A DNA stretch of 64,000 bases from an uncultured Candidatus Binatia bacterium (lineage in GTDB: Bacteria; Desulfobacterota; Binatia; UBA9968; JAJDTQ01), in the NCBI GenBank assembly GCA_965215605.1, contig OZ244070.1, positions 512,001-576,000 of the forward strand. The letters are read 5' to 3'. Positions 36,267 to 45,564 of the stretch are shown one piece after another. The notes below the pieces were generated by a model. The model did not search any database. It was not told the origin of the DNA and saw only the letters and a list, made by a program, of their open reading frames with translations. Both the position numbers and the translations under genes were made by a program. Position 1 is the first letter of the stretch, and each line of letters opens with the position of its first letter.

Positions 36267-38516
36267 ATGCCGGATACGAAGATCGTCGGCGCCGCGGTGC
36301 TGCGCGCCGAGGGCCCGGACAAGGTCACCGGACGCACCCGCTACGCCGCGGACATCCCGCGCGAGGGGATGCTCTGGGGCAAGATCCTGCGGAGCCCGCA
36401 CCCCCACGCGCGCATCCGCTCCATCGACGCGAGCCGGGCGCGGAACGCGCCCGGGGTCCGGGCCGTGGTTACGGGACTGGACGTCCCCAACCGCTTCATG
36501 GGCAAGCAGATCCGGGACCTGCCGGTGCTGTGCTGGGACCGGGTGCGGTATGTTGGCGACCGGGTGGCGGCGGCGGCGGCGGATACACCCGAGGCGGCGG
36601 AAGCCGCCCTGGCCCTCATCGAAGTGGACTACGAGATCCTGCCGGCGGTATTCGACCCCGTTGCAGCCACCGGGCCCGGTGCGCCGCTGCTGCACGACGA
36701 CGTCGCCGCCTACGACGGCGCGCCCCACGAACGTCTGGCCACGGACGTGCGCAACGGCCTCACCCGGCTGGCCTGGAGCAAGGGCGACGTGGAGCGCGGG
36801 TTCCGTGAGGCCGACGTTACCCTGGAGCACACCTTTCGAGTGCCCGCCCGGCATCAGGGCTACCTGGAACCCCATGCCGGGCTGCTGTCCATGGATCCCG
36901 ACGGGCGCGTCCAGGTTTGGGCCTCCACCAAGGACCCCTTCCGCACCCGCCGGATGCTAGCCGACACGCTGGGCATGGAGCACGCGCGCGTCCGCGTCCA
37001 TTCCGTGAACGTCGGCGGCGAGTTCGGCGGCAAGGGGGACGCGCGCGACCTGCCCGTGGCCTACTTCCTGGCGCGCGAATCCGGGCGGCCGGTGAAGATC
37101 GTCATGACCTACGCGGAAGAGCTCACCGCCAGCAACCCCGACGAGGCCACGGTGGTTACCGTCCGCACCGGAGTCAAGCGCGACGGCCGCATCGTCGCAC
37201 GGCGCATGAAGGCGTGGCACGCGGGCGGCGCCTACGGAGGCCTCAAGGCTAGCGCTTCCTTCGCCACCTGGCACTACGTCGGCGGCCTCTACCGGGTGGA
37301 GAACGCGGCGTTCGAGTTCCTCCAGATCTACACCAACACCACTCCAGGAGGCTATTACCGCAGCCCCGGCTCCATCCCCAACTTCTTTGCGCTGGAATCC
37401 CACACCGACCTCATCGCCCGGGAACTGGGCATGGACCCGGGGGAGTTCCGGCTCCGGAACGTGCTGCGCGACAACGAGGCGGACGCCATCGGCAAGCGGC
37501 TCCCCGGCCTCCGCATACATCCGGTGCTTTCGCGGGCGTTGGAGGCGGCAAACTGGAGCGGACCGAGGCCCGGCCCCAACCGCGGCCGCGGCGTGGCCAT
37601 CTACGGACGGCACATCTCCGGCGGCGAGACCGGCATCGCCGTCACGGCCGAGGCCGACGGCACGCTCACGGTGCTGAGCCCCACCGTGGACCAGGGGACC
37701 GGAACCCACACCATCCTGCGCCAGCTCGTGGCTGAGCGCATGCAGGTGGCCTTGGAGCAGGTCCGGGTGGTCACCGGCGACACCGACATCGCCCCCTACG
37801 ACACCGGTGCCAGGGCCAGCCGCGTCACCTACACCGCCGGACAGGCCGTGGAGAAGGCCTGCGACGGGCTGGAAGCCAAGCTCGCCGGCTACGCCGCCCG
37901 GATGCTGGAGTGCGAGCCATCGGAAGTGGTCTACCGAGACGGCGCCTTTGCGCTGCTCACCGATTCGGGACAGACTCTCACTCTGGCGCAGGTTGCGGCT
38001 CGATACCCGGACGACCGCACCGTAACCGTGCAGGAGGATTTCCGTTACCCGGACGAGATCACCTACGTGTGTGCCCAGGTGGCGGAGGTGGAAGTGGACC
38101 CCCAGACCGGAGCCACCCGCGTTGATCGCATCGTCACCGCCCACGATGTCGGCACGGTCATCAACCCCGTCACCCATCAGGGGCAGATCGACGGCGGCGT
38201 CGTCATGGGCGTGGGGCAAGCCGTCATGGAAGAGCTCGCGCTGGACAACGGCAAGATCGTCAACGCCAACCTGGGCGAATACAAGCTGCCCGGCATCCGC
38301 GACATCCCGGCGCTGGAGACGGTCCTGGTGAGTTCGGAAGGCGGGCTGGCGCCGCACGGCGGCAGGGCCATCGGAGAGTTCGCCAACAACGCACCGCCGG
38401 CCGCCATTGCCAACGCCGTGGCCGACGCGGTGGGCGTGCGCGTCTACGATATTCCGGTAACCGCGGAGAAAGTGTACATTGGGCTGAAAGCGAATTCCGG
38501 GTCGACTCCGGAATGA
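36267..38516 (+). CDS. Xanthine dehydrogenase family molybdopterin-binding subunit (orphan)
   Basis: KVTG, LRSPHPHA, YLEPH, VGGEFGGK, DQGTG, GQIDGG, AIGE. Start ATG 36267. Confidence 0.93.
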   Translation: MPDTKIVGAAVLRAEGPDKVTGRTRYAADIPREGMLWGKILRSPHPHARIRSIDASRARNAPGVRAVVTGLDVPNRFMGKQIRDLPVLCWDRVRYVGDRVAAAAADTPEAAEAALALIEVDYEILPAVFDPVAATGPGAPLLHDDVAAYDGAPHERLATDVRNGLTRLAWSKGDVERGFREADVTLEHTFRVPARHQGYLEPHAGLLSMDPDGRVQVWASTKDPFRTRRMLADTLGMEHARVRVHSVNVGGEFGGKGDARDLPVAYFLARESGRPVKIVMTYAEELTASNPDEATVVTVRTGVKRDGRIVARRMKAWHAGGAYGGLKASASFATWHYVGGLYRVENAAFEFLQIYTNTTPGGYYRSPGSIPNFFALESHTDLIARELGMDPGEFRLRNVLRDNEADAIGKRLPGLRIHPVLSRALEAANWSGPRPGPNRGRGVAIYGRHISGGETGIAVTAEADGTLTVLSPTVDQGTGTHTILRQLVAERMQVALEQVRVVTGDTDIAPYDTGARASRVTYTAGQAVEKACDGLEAKLAGYAARMLECEPSEVVYRDGAFALLTDSGQTLTLAQVAARYPDDRTVTVQEDFRYPDEITYVCAQVAEVEVDPQTGATRVDRIVTAHDVGTVINPVTHQGQIDGGVVMGVGQAVMEELALDNGKIVNANLGEYKLPGIRDIPALETVLVSSEGGLAPHGGRAIGEFANNAPPAAIANAVADAVGVRVYDIPVTAEKVYIGLKANSGSTPE

Positions 38517-38584
38517 CCGTTTGAAGCACGTTCATCGTGCGGCAACGGCCGGCCGGGCGATCCGGCTGCAGATGGAGGGTCGAA

Positions 38585-39331
38585 ATGCTGGAAGGCAAAG
38601 TGGTCGTGGTCACGGGGGGCGGCAAGGGCATCGGACGCCATGCCGCGCTGACGTTCGCACGGGCGAAGGCCAAGGTCGTCATCATCGACGTGAGCCAGGA
38701 ATGGCTCGACAAGACCGGCCCCGAGTTGGGAGAGCTGACCGATGCCCTGGGCATCAACGCGGACGTGCGGGACGAAAAGGCGGTGCGACGGGCGTTCGAC
38801 GAGGTGGTCTACCGGTTCGGGCACATCGACGTGCTGGTGAACGACGCCGCCATCGTGCCCCATTTCGCCTGGGGCACCCCCCGCTGGCCGCTGGTCCGGG
38901 ACATGGACGTGAATTTCTGGGACAAGGTCATCCAGACCAATCTGGGCGGCACCTTCCTGTGCTCGAAGCACGCCCTGGCCCACATGGAAAAACGCCGCTC
39001 CGGGCACATCGTCAACCTTTACGGCGGCGGCGGCACCACCCCCGGCGGGGCCTGCGCGTATGTGGTCACCAAGGACGCCATCTGGACCTTCAGCCGTTAT
39101 CTGGCTGAGGAAGTGCGGGAATCCAACGTGTGCGTGGTGACCTTTTCGCCACGAGTCGCCATCGTCACCGAGGGCGCGCCGGAGGAGGCCCACGGGCGCC
39201 TGCCCAGCCCGGAAGTCCTGGGACAGGGTTTCGTGCTGGCAGCCCAGGCGCCCATGGACGATTCCGGGAAATGTTTCTACTACGAGGACGGCAAGCTCGT
39301 CCCTTCCAAGGACGGGAGATACGACGAGTAG
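38585..39331 (+). CDS. Short-chain dehydrogenase/reductase
   Basis: TGGGKGIG, DVLVNDA, YVVTK. ATG 38585 after GGAGG. Confidence 0.9.
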   Translation: MLEGKVVVVTGGGKGIGRHAALTFARAKAKVVIIDVSQEWLDKTGPELGELTDALGINADVRDEKAVRRAFDEVVYRFGHIDVLVNDAAIVPHFAWGTPRWPLVRDMDVNFWDKVIQTNLGGTFLCSKHALAHMEKRRSGHIVNLYGGGGTTPGGACAYVVTKDAIWTFSRYLAEEVRESNVCVVTFSPRVAIVTEGAPEEAHGRLPSPEVLGQGFVLAAQAPMDDSGKCFYYEDGKLVPSKDGRYDE

Positions 39332-39405
39332 CGGAGAGATCTTCGAGCTCGTGAAAGGCAAGTCCCCGCGGCATCACGTCGCCGGGAATCGGCCAGCGAG
39401 AGACG

Positions 39406-40257
39406 ATGAGAAAATCCGATCAGAAGCAACGCGCCGAAACCTTCGCGGCGATGCACGAAGGCAATGAACTCATCGTCCTGCCCAATGCGTGGGACGCCGT
39501 CAGTGCGTGCGTCCTGGTGGAAGCAGGTTTCGCCGCCGTGGCCACCACCAGCGGCGGCTGTGCGTTCGCACTCGGATACCGCGACGGCGAGAATATCTCC
39601 TTGCGGGAGATGGCGGGTGCAGTGCGCCGTATCGCCAACGCCGTGCCCGTTCCGGTCTCGGCGGATATGGAAGCGGGTTACGGTCCCGCGCCGGAGAACG
39701 TGGCGGAAACGACACGCCGGACCCTCGCAGCCGGGGCGGTGGGGATGAACATCGAGGACAGTGACAGGCGGAACCCGGGACACCTTATCGAGCTCGCGGC
39801 GGCGGTGGAACGCATCCGCGCGGCCCGCGCGGTCGCCGATTCGGCGGGCATTCCGATGGTCATCAATGCCCGCACCGACGGATTTCGCCATGGTGACGGC
39901 GAGGACGTGTTTTCCGAGACGGTCCGCCGTGCCAACGCCTACCTCCAGGCCGGCGCCCGTTGTGCGTTCGTGCCGTTCATCAGCGACGGCGCGCTGATCG
40001 GCCGGCTGGCCGCTGCCATCGACGGACCGATGAATGTGCTGGCCGGCGCCAGCACTCCGCCGGTTCCGAAGCTTCGTGACCTGGGTGTCAGGCGGGTGAC
40101 CGTCGGCAGCAACCTTGCCAAGGCGGCGATGTCGCTGGTGCGGAAGGCTGCCGATGAGTTGCGTGGACCGGGCACCTTCGAATTTGCCCGCGACGTTTAC
40201 ACGCAAGCCGACATCCACCGAATCCTGACCAGCCCGGGCGCGAAGGACGCGCCCTAA
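39406..40257 (+). CDS. Isocitrate lyase/PEP mutase family protein
   Basis: LPNAWD, ATTS, SADMEAGYG, GMNIED, INARTD. Confidence 0.92.
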   Translation: MRKSDQKQRAETFAAMHEGNELIVLPNAWDAVSACVLVEAGFAAVATTSGGCAFALGYRDGENISLREMAGAVRRIANAVPVPVSADMEAGYGPAPENVAETTRRTLAAGAVGMNIEDSDRRNPGHLIELAAAVERIRAARAVADSAGIPMVINARTDGFRHGDGEDVFSETVRRANAYLQAGARCAFVPFISDGALIGRLAAAIDGPMNVLAGASTPPVPKLRDLGVRRVTVGSNLAKAAMSLVRKAADELRGPGTFEFARDVYTQADIHRILTSPGAKDAP

Positions 40258-41201
40258 CCCATTCTGGCCAGCGAGCCGTCGGCGGGGCCGAGGGCGGCCA
40301 CCATCTCGGAATAGGAAGCGAGCCCGAAACGGCTCTCCATGGCCTCACGCCAGATGCCGTCCAGGGCTGCCCGCACGTCCATCGGCAGCCTGTCCACGTG
40401 GTCGCCCACCCGGCCGCTCCTCAACTTGGACGATGCGCCTCCGGGCGGAAGGCCGTTGGCGGCATTTCGGGCGGCGCGCAACACGTGGTCGTCGAACTGG
40501 GTCCCGTGCGCTTTCATGAAACCAATCGAGGATTGGCGGACCACAATCTCCAGCAGCTCGTCGTCAAGCGGACAGCCAATGAACCCGGCGATGCGCCGCA
40601 CGGTTCCGGGCACGTCCGCCAGGGCCGACTCGTAGCTCAGCATCAACACGTCCTCGCGGCCGCGTTGCGGCCACCACGAGGCCACGTGTTTCCAGTAGCC
40701 ACGGTCCCGCTCCGGCGCCAGAAAGAAATTCCGGGAATAGTCCTCCAGGGTGATGGCCCCGGCCTCGAAACGCCAGCCTTCGTGGAAGTGGTACAAGGAC
40801 ACCAGCACATCCCCTGGGTCCCGGACCATGGTGATGTAACGGCCCCCCTTGGGAACGTCGTGCCAGCTCAGGTGGCTCTTGAAGGCCCGAGGCTCGGCCG
40901 CCTGTGGCGCGTCGGGGTCGATGCCGAGGTCCAGCGCCAGCTCGAGCCACGGCACCACAAGGGTGATCTCCTCGAAGTCCATGGAGCCCCGGGTCCTGAG
41001 CCCGTGGACGATCTGTTGCAGCCAAGTGGTGCCGCACTTGGGGAAGGTGGCGATAAGAACGTCGGCGGGTTTCGGGCGGAACGCCAGCGCCGCGGCCCGG
41101 CTGGCCGCGCTGCCGATGCCGCCCCGGAAGGAGCTCATCTCCGCAACCGACCGGGCACGCCTGAGAACAGGCGGCGCCCGGTCCGGGTCGTGGTTCACCA
41201 T
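40254..41201 (-). CDS. PAPS-dependent sulfotransferase (Sulfotransfer_1, cytosolic SULT-like)
   Basis: 5'-PSB loop TFPKCGTTW, PRAFKSHL, RDPGDVLVSLYHF, YE, C-terminal RSGRVGD. Confidence 0.9.
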   Translation of the reverse strand: MVNHDPDRAPPVLRRARSVAEMSSFRGGIGSAASRAAALAFRPKPADVLIATFPKCGTTWLQQIVHGLRTRGSMDFEEITLVVPWLELALDLGIDPDAPQAAEPRAFKSHLSWHDVPKGGRYITMVRDPGDVLVSLYHFHEGWRFEAGAITLEDYSRNFFLAPERDRGYWKHVASWWPQRGREDVLMLSYESALADVPGTVRRIAGFIGCPLDDELLEIVVRQSSIGFMKAHGTQFDDHVLRAARNAANGLPPGGASSKLRSGRVGDHVDRLPMDVRAALDGIWREAMESRFGLASYSEMVAALGPADGSLARMG

Positions 41202-41232
41202 ACGCTGAACGGCGGCGCCGCCCTCGGCCGCG

Positions 41233-42660
41233 TCACCACTCCTTGTTGATGAACGCCAGCATCCGCTCGGCGCCTTCGCGCTCCTTGAACTGCGCGTAGG
41301 CGCGCCGCCGCTGGTTGTCCGGGTCGCCGCTCTGAAGCCGCTCGTAGAGTTGTCCGCGCTTGCCGAAGGGCGTCATGACCAGATCGGCCGCCACCGCCAG
41401 CAGCCTCAGGTGCTCCCGGGTGCTGGGGGCGCAGCCGCGAAAATAGCGGTCCACCAGCGGCCCCAGCTCTCCGCTGGCCAGGTCCGAGCCGCCGCCGGTG
41501 AGCACCAGCGAGCTGGTCAACAGGCTCTCCATGTTGCCCTCGGCCCGGTCCGACGCCTCGATGCTGTGCACCCGGTAGGCCGGGGTGAGCCGCGGCGCCC
41601 AAAAGCCCCCGCTCGTGCGGAAGGCCCTGGCTTCGCCCATCTCCACGCAGTCGCGCAGGATTTCCAGGTCCTGCACGAACGCGGCCAGCCGGAGTTGCGA
41701 GTTGGGGTTCTTGTGCCGGCCGGACCATTCCGTCAGGAGCTGGGCCACCGCGAGGAACGTCTCGATCTTGATGATGAGGCGGACCAGGGTGGCGTAGGCC
41801 GCCCAGGTCTGGATGCTGCGGTGAAAGCCGGCCACGAGCTCGGGCTTGCGGTAGGCGAAGACCCGATTCCAGGGCACCAGAACGTCGTCGAAGATGAGCG
41901 TGGCGTCCACCTCGTCGAAGCGCGCGGTGAGCGGAAAGCGCTCCGGGTCGGCATGCTCGGCGTACAGGTCCCGGCAGACGATCTTCAGTCCCGGGGCGTT
42001 CATGGGGATGGCGAAGGCCAGGGCGTAGTCCGGCTCGTCCGGGTCCCGCGGACGGTTGGGATACACCAGGGCCTCGTCGGACAGGGGCGCCAGGGTCGCG
42101 AGGTTCCGGAGGCCGCGGACCACCGGCCCCTCCGAGGTCTCCCGGACCACGTGGAGGACCAGGTCCGGGTCGGACTGCTCGCTCACCCGCTTCGAGTGGT
42201 CGTAGAACTGGTCCTGCAAGGCATGGGTCAGGCACAGGTCGCCGGCGATGCAGTGACGGTAGTACTCCCGGGCGTTTTCGCCCCAGCGCGGGTCGTGGTC
42301 CGCCAAGGCGTCTGCGATGTCAAGGATGCCCACCACCAGTTCCGCGCAGAACTCCGGGTACCGTCCCATCTGGCCGAAGGTCTCCCGTGACCACAGCTCG
42401 ATGTTGCCGCGCTTGGCCAGGAGATCTTCCGCGTTCAACGGCGGCAGGTAGCTGCAGGAAATGCGCTCGCCGTTCCGCGCCACCGTCATGGTGTCGCCGT
42501 CCTCCGCCGACGACTGGCGATCGTACAGATCGGCAAGGGTCTTGATGGTGCCCGTGAAGCCGGGGTGGGTGGTGACGTCGTCGATGCGCCTTCCCGCGTG
42601 CCACACCTCGCGGCCGTCGCGCAACGACTCGATGTAGTTCTTGCCGGATCGAATGGCCAT
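41233..42660 (-). CDS. 4-hydroxyphenylacetate 3-hydroxylase (HpaB) family flavin-dependent oxygenase component
   Basis: YIESLRDGREVW, DVTTHP, MGRYPE, GLKIVCR, PLTARFDEVDATLIFDDVLVPWNRVF. Confidence 0.92.
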   Translation of the reverse strand: MAIRSGKNYIESLRDGREVWHAGRRIDDVTTHPGFTGTIKTLADLYDRQSSAEDGDTMTVARNGERISCSYLPPLNAEDLLAKRGNIELWSRETFGQMGRYPEFCAELVVGILDIADALADHDPRWGENAREYYRHCIAGDLCLTHALQDQFYDHSKRVSEQSDPDLVLHVVRETSEGPVVRGLRNLATLAPLSDEALVYPNRPRDPDEPDYALAFAIPMNAPGLKIVCRDLYAEHADPERFPLTARFDEVDATLIFDDVLVPWNRVFAYRKPELVAGFHRSIQTWAAYATLVRLIIKIETFLAVAQLLTEWSGRHKNPNSQLRLAAFVQDLEILRDCVEMGEARAFRTSGGFWAPRLTPAYRVHSIEASDRAEGNMESLLTSSLVLTGGGSDLASGELGPLVDRYFRGCAPSTREHLRLLAVAADLVMTPFGKRGQLYERLQSGDPDNQRRRAYAQFKEREGAERMLAFINKEW

Positions 42661-42791
42661 TCCCCTGACCTCCTGCCGGGACCCCGCCGGGAACGCCTCG
42701 GGCCCGCGACTCCTTCCAATCGTTTTCGTGCCGAACGAGAAGCCGCTAAGAAGAATGGGGCGAGTTCACTTCCGTCCCCGGTCCACGCACC

Positions 42792-44294
42792 ATGACACCC
42801 TGGCTCAGAGACTTTATCGACAACCGCATCTTCGGCCCCAACCACCGCTGGTGGGCCCTGTGGGTCGTCGTGATCTCCGTCTTCATCGCCACCACGGATG
42901 TCGGGATGCTTACCATAAGCCTGCCGGTGATCATAACCGAGTTCCGCACGGATATCACTTTCGCCGGCTGGATCGTCTTCGTGTACGCCCTGGTCACGGG
43001 AGCCCTCTACCTGCCCTGCGGCAGGCTGTCCGATCTGCTCGGGCGCAAGCTCACCTTCTCCGCGGGCTTCCTGGTCTACGGCGTGGCCTCGATGGTGGCC
43101 GGCCTGTCCCAGGGGGCCACGCAACTGATGGCCTGCCGCGTGGGACAGGCGGTGGGCGCGGCCCTGATGATGACCAACACCTTCGCCCTGACCGGCTCCC
43201 TGTTCACGGGCGCCGACCGGGGCCGCGCCATGGGCCTGTCCGGCGGCCTGGTTTCCGCCATCGGCTTCACCCTGGGCCCCGTGGTGGGCGGATTCATCAC
43301 CTTCACCCTGGGATGGCGCTACATCTTCTTCATTTCCGGCACGTTGTCGTTCATCGGCTTCGCCGCCGCGCGCTTTCTCCTGCTGGACGACCGGGGGTCC
43401 GGTGAACAAGCGAAGCGGGAGCCCTTCGACTTCGCCGGCGCCGGCCTGTTCGCGGTGGCGTTGACGTTCCTGCTGCTGGGAATCACGCGGGGGGGATTGG
43501 GCTACTGGGGTTTCGCGTTGAGCGCGCTCTTCGCGGCCTTGTTCATCTGGCGGGAAGCCACCTTCCCCTACCCCATCCTGGATCTCGGGCTGCTCCGGAT
43601 CGTGCCCTTTGCCGCGGGCAACATCGCGCGCCTGTCCACCTTCGTGGCCCTCAGCACCAACGAGTTGATGATGCCGTTCCTGCTCCAGCTCGTGCTGCGA
43701 ATGGACCCGCTGGAGGCGGGCACCCTGATGACCGCCACCGCACTGGTGCTCATGGTGGTGTCGCCTTCGGCCGGCTGGCTCACCGACCGCGTCGGCTCCA
43801 CCCTGCCCGCCGCCGCCGGAGCCACGGTTATAGCCGTCGCGATGTACGCCATGAGCCACCTGGGTCCGGATTCCGGCCCGGCCGAGATCGTGCCACGGCT
43901 GGCGCTCCTGGGCGTCGGCCTCGGCCTCTTCCAGACCCCCAACAACCACGGCCTCATCGGCTCCGTGCCGCCCGAGCGGCTGGGAATCGCCTCCTCGGTC
44001 ATCTCCATCATCCGCAGCGTCGGCCGCTCGCTGGGCACAGCAACCGCAACCGCATTTGTCGGCATGCGGCTGGCGGCAGTCACCAACGATTCCGGGCCCC
44101 AGGACCTGGCCGCGTTGAACTTGGCGGACAACCCTCTGCTCCTTGGAGCGTTCATGGAAGGCTACGGTTACGCGTACATCACGGCGGCGTGCCTGGGCCT
44201 GAGCGCGCTGGCGTTCACGATGATTGCGGCGACGGGGAGCGGGCCAGGCGCACGATTTCGGCGGGCAGCAAGCCCACCGCATCCGCCCGGCTGA
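42792..44294 (+). CDS. MFS transporter, DHA2 (EmrB/QacA-like)
   Basis: ISLPVI, GRLSDLLGRK, LGPVVGG, GWRYIF, FQTPNN; about 14 TM segments. Confidence 0.9.
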   Translation: MTPWLRDFIDNRIFGPNHRWWALWVVVISVFIATTDVGMLTISLPVIITEFRTDITFAGWIVFVYALVTGALYLPCGRLSDLLGRKLTFSAGFLVYGVASMVAGLSQGATQLMACRVGQAVGAALMMTNTFALTGSLFTGADRGRAMGLSGGLVSAIGFTLGPVVGGFITFTLGWRYIFFISGTLSFIGFAAARFLLLDDRGSGEQAKREPFDFAGAGLFAVALTFLLLGITRGGLGYWGFALSALFAALFIWREATFPYPILDLGLLRIVPFAAGNIARLSTFVALSTNELMMPFLLQLVLRMDPLEAGTLMTATALVLMVVSPSAGWLTDRVGSTLPAAAGATVIAVAMYAMSHLGPDSGPAEIVPRLALLGVGLGLFQTPNNHGLIGSVPPERLGIASSVISIIRSVGRSLGTATATAFVGMRLAAVTNDSGPQDLAALNLADNPLLLGAFMEGYGYAYITAACLGLSALAFTMIAATGSGPGARFRRAASPPHPPG

Positions 44295-44358
44295 GTCACA
44301 ACAGCGGCACCGCCGCGATCGCCGGTAGACCGGACGTTTTCACCCGGCTGCCTCCACA

Positions 44359-45465
44359 CTACAGTCCATAGAGCCGGCGCGCGTTGTCGCTCAGGATCTT
44401 GCGCTTGACGTCGTCGGTCAGGTCCGTCCGTTCACGGAAGACCTTGATGGCGTCCACGTCGCTGGAGACGTCGGTGTGGCCGTAGTCGGTGCCGATGACG
44501 AGTCCGTCCTCACCGCCCTCCTGCACCACATACGCCAGGTCGTCACTGTTCTCACAGGTGACGAATATGCCGAACTGCCCCATGGGGTTGTCCGGCCACT
44601 CCCGCCCCAACACACGGTAGCGGTGGTGGACCTCGCGCAGCATCCAGGGCACCCACTGGGAGCTGGCCTCGATGAAACCCCAGCGCAACTTCGGGAACAC
44701 ATCCGGGATCTCGCTCAGCAAGAGGTCGCCGAAAGCCCCCACGGTGGGGACCCGGAAGCTGTGGAAGTTTGCCGCCGTGGTTACCGGATGGTGGCAGAGG
44801 TCGGTGAACCAGGGGCTGCCGTTGGCGATGTGGATGGCGATGGCCATGTCCAGGCGCACAGCTTCCTCATAGATGGGGTAGAAGTACGGGTCCACCAGGA
44901 GGCGGTTGCCCTCGAAGGGCCGCATCAGCACCGCGCAGGCGCCGTGTTCCTTGCCGTAGCGGATCTGGTCCAGGGCGTCCGGCATACTCAGGGTCGGCGC
45001 CAGGCACGACCACCGGAGCCTGCCCTCGGACTGCGACCAGATGTCCGCCAGCCAGCGGTTCCAGCTCCCGCACAGCGCCACCTCCACCGGCGCCCGGTCC
45101 GTCACCTGCTCGATGAACATGGTGTTGTGCAGCACCTGCACGTCGACTCCGGTGTCGTCCATGTGCTCCAGCCGGAGTTCCACGTTGCCGAGCTCCACGG
45201 ACTCGTCGGCGCCGGCGAACTTGCGGCCCACCCGCCGCTCCCGCTGCTGCAGCGCTTCCTCCGAGAACGCCGGAAAGCGGAAGCCCCGCACCTTGCCGTC
45301 CACCACCCAGAACTGCTGCTTGATGCCCGCCTCCTCCGGTGACGCCAGCGGCACCGGGCGGTACTGCCGATCAGAGGGGTCGAGATAATCCCAGGTCCGG
45401 TCGCATTCCACCACATGGGCGTCCGAGTCCACGATCAAAGGGGTTCCGCTGCCGTTTCCACTCAT
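44359..45465 (-). CDS. Amidohydrolase_2 family protein (DxDxH type), tandem paralogue A
   Basis: VDSDAHVVE, SWNRW, AIHIANG, FIEAS, IGTDYGH; 368 aa. Confidence 0.92.
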   Translation of the reverse strand: MSGNGSGTPLIVDSDAHVVECDRTWDYLDPSDRQYRPVPLASPEEAGIKQQFWVVDGKVRGFRFPAFSEEALQQRERRVGRKFAGADESVELGNVELRLEHMDDTGVDVQVLHNTMFIEQVTDRAPVEVALCGSWNRWLADIWSQSEGRLRWSCLAPTLSMPDALDQIRYGKEHGACAVLMRPFEGNRLLVDPYFYPIYEEAVRLDMAIAIHIANGSPWFTDLCHHPVTTAANFHSFRVPTVGAFGDLLLSEIPDVFPKLRWGFIEASSQWVPWMLREVHHRYRVLGREWPDNPMGQFGIFVTCENSDDLAYVVQEGGEDGLVIGTDYGHTDVSSDVDAIKVFRERTDLTDDVKRKILSDNARRLYGL

Positions 45466-45513
45466 GGCGTGCTCCTTCGGGACGAGTTCCGGGCCGCGCG
45501 GCGACCCGGGCGC

Positions 45514-45539
45514 GGGCGGGGTTCAAGCCCGCCTCCTAC
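45514..45539 (-). repeat. GTAG-type REP-like palindrome (degenerate)
   Basis: Minus strand GTAG-GAGGCGGGCTTGAACCCCGCCC, similar to 26544-26568. Confidence 0.6.
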
Positions 45540-45564
45540 ATTCATGATCGGACCACGGCCGATG

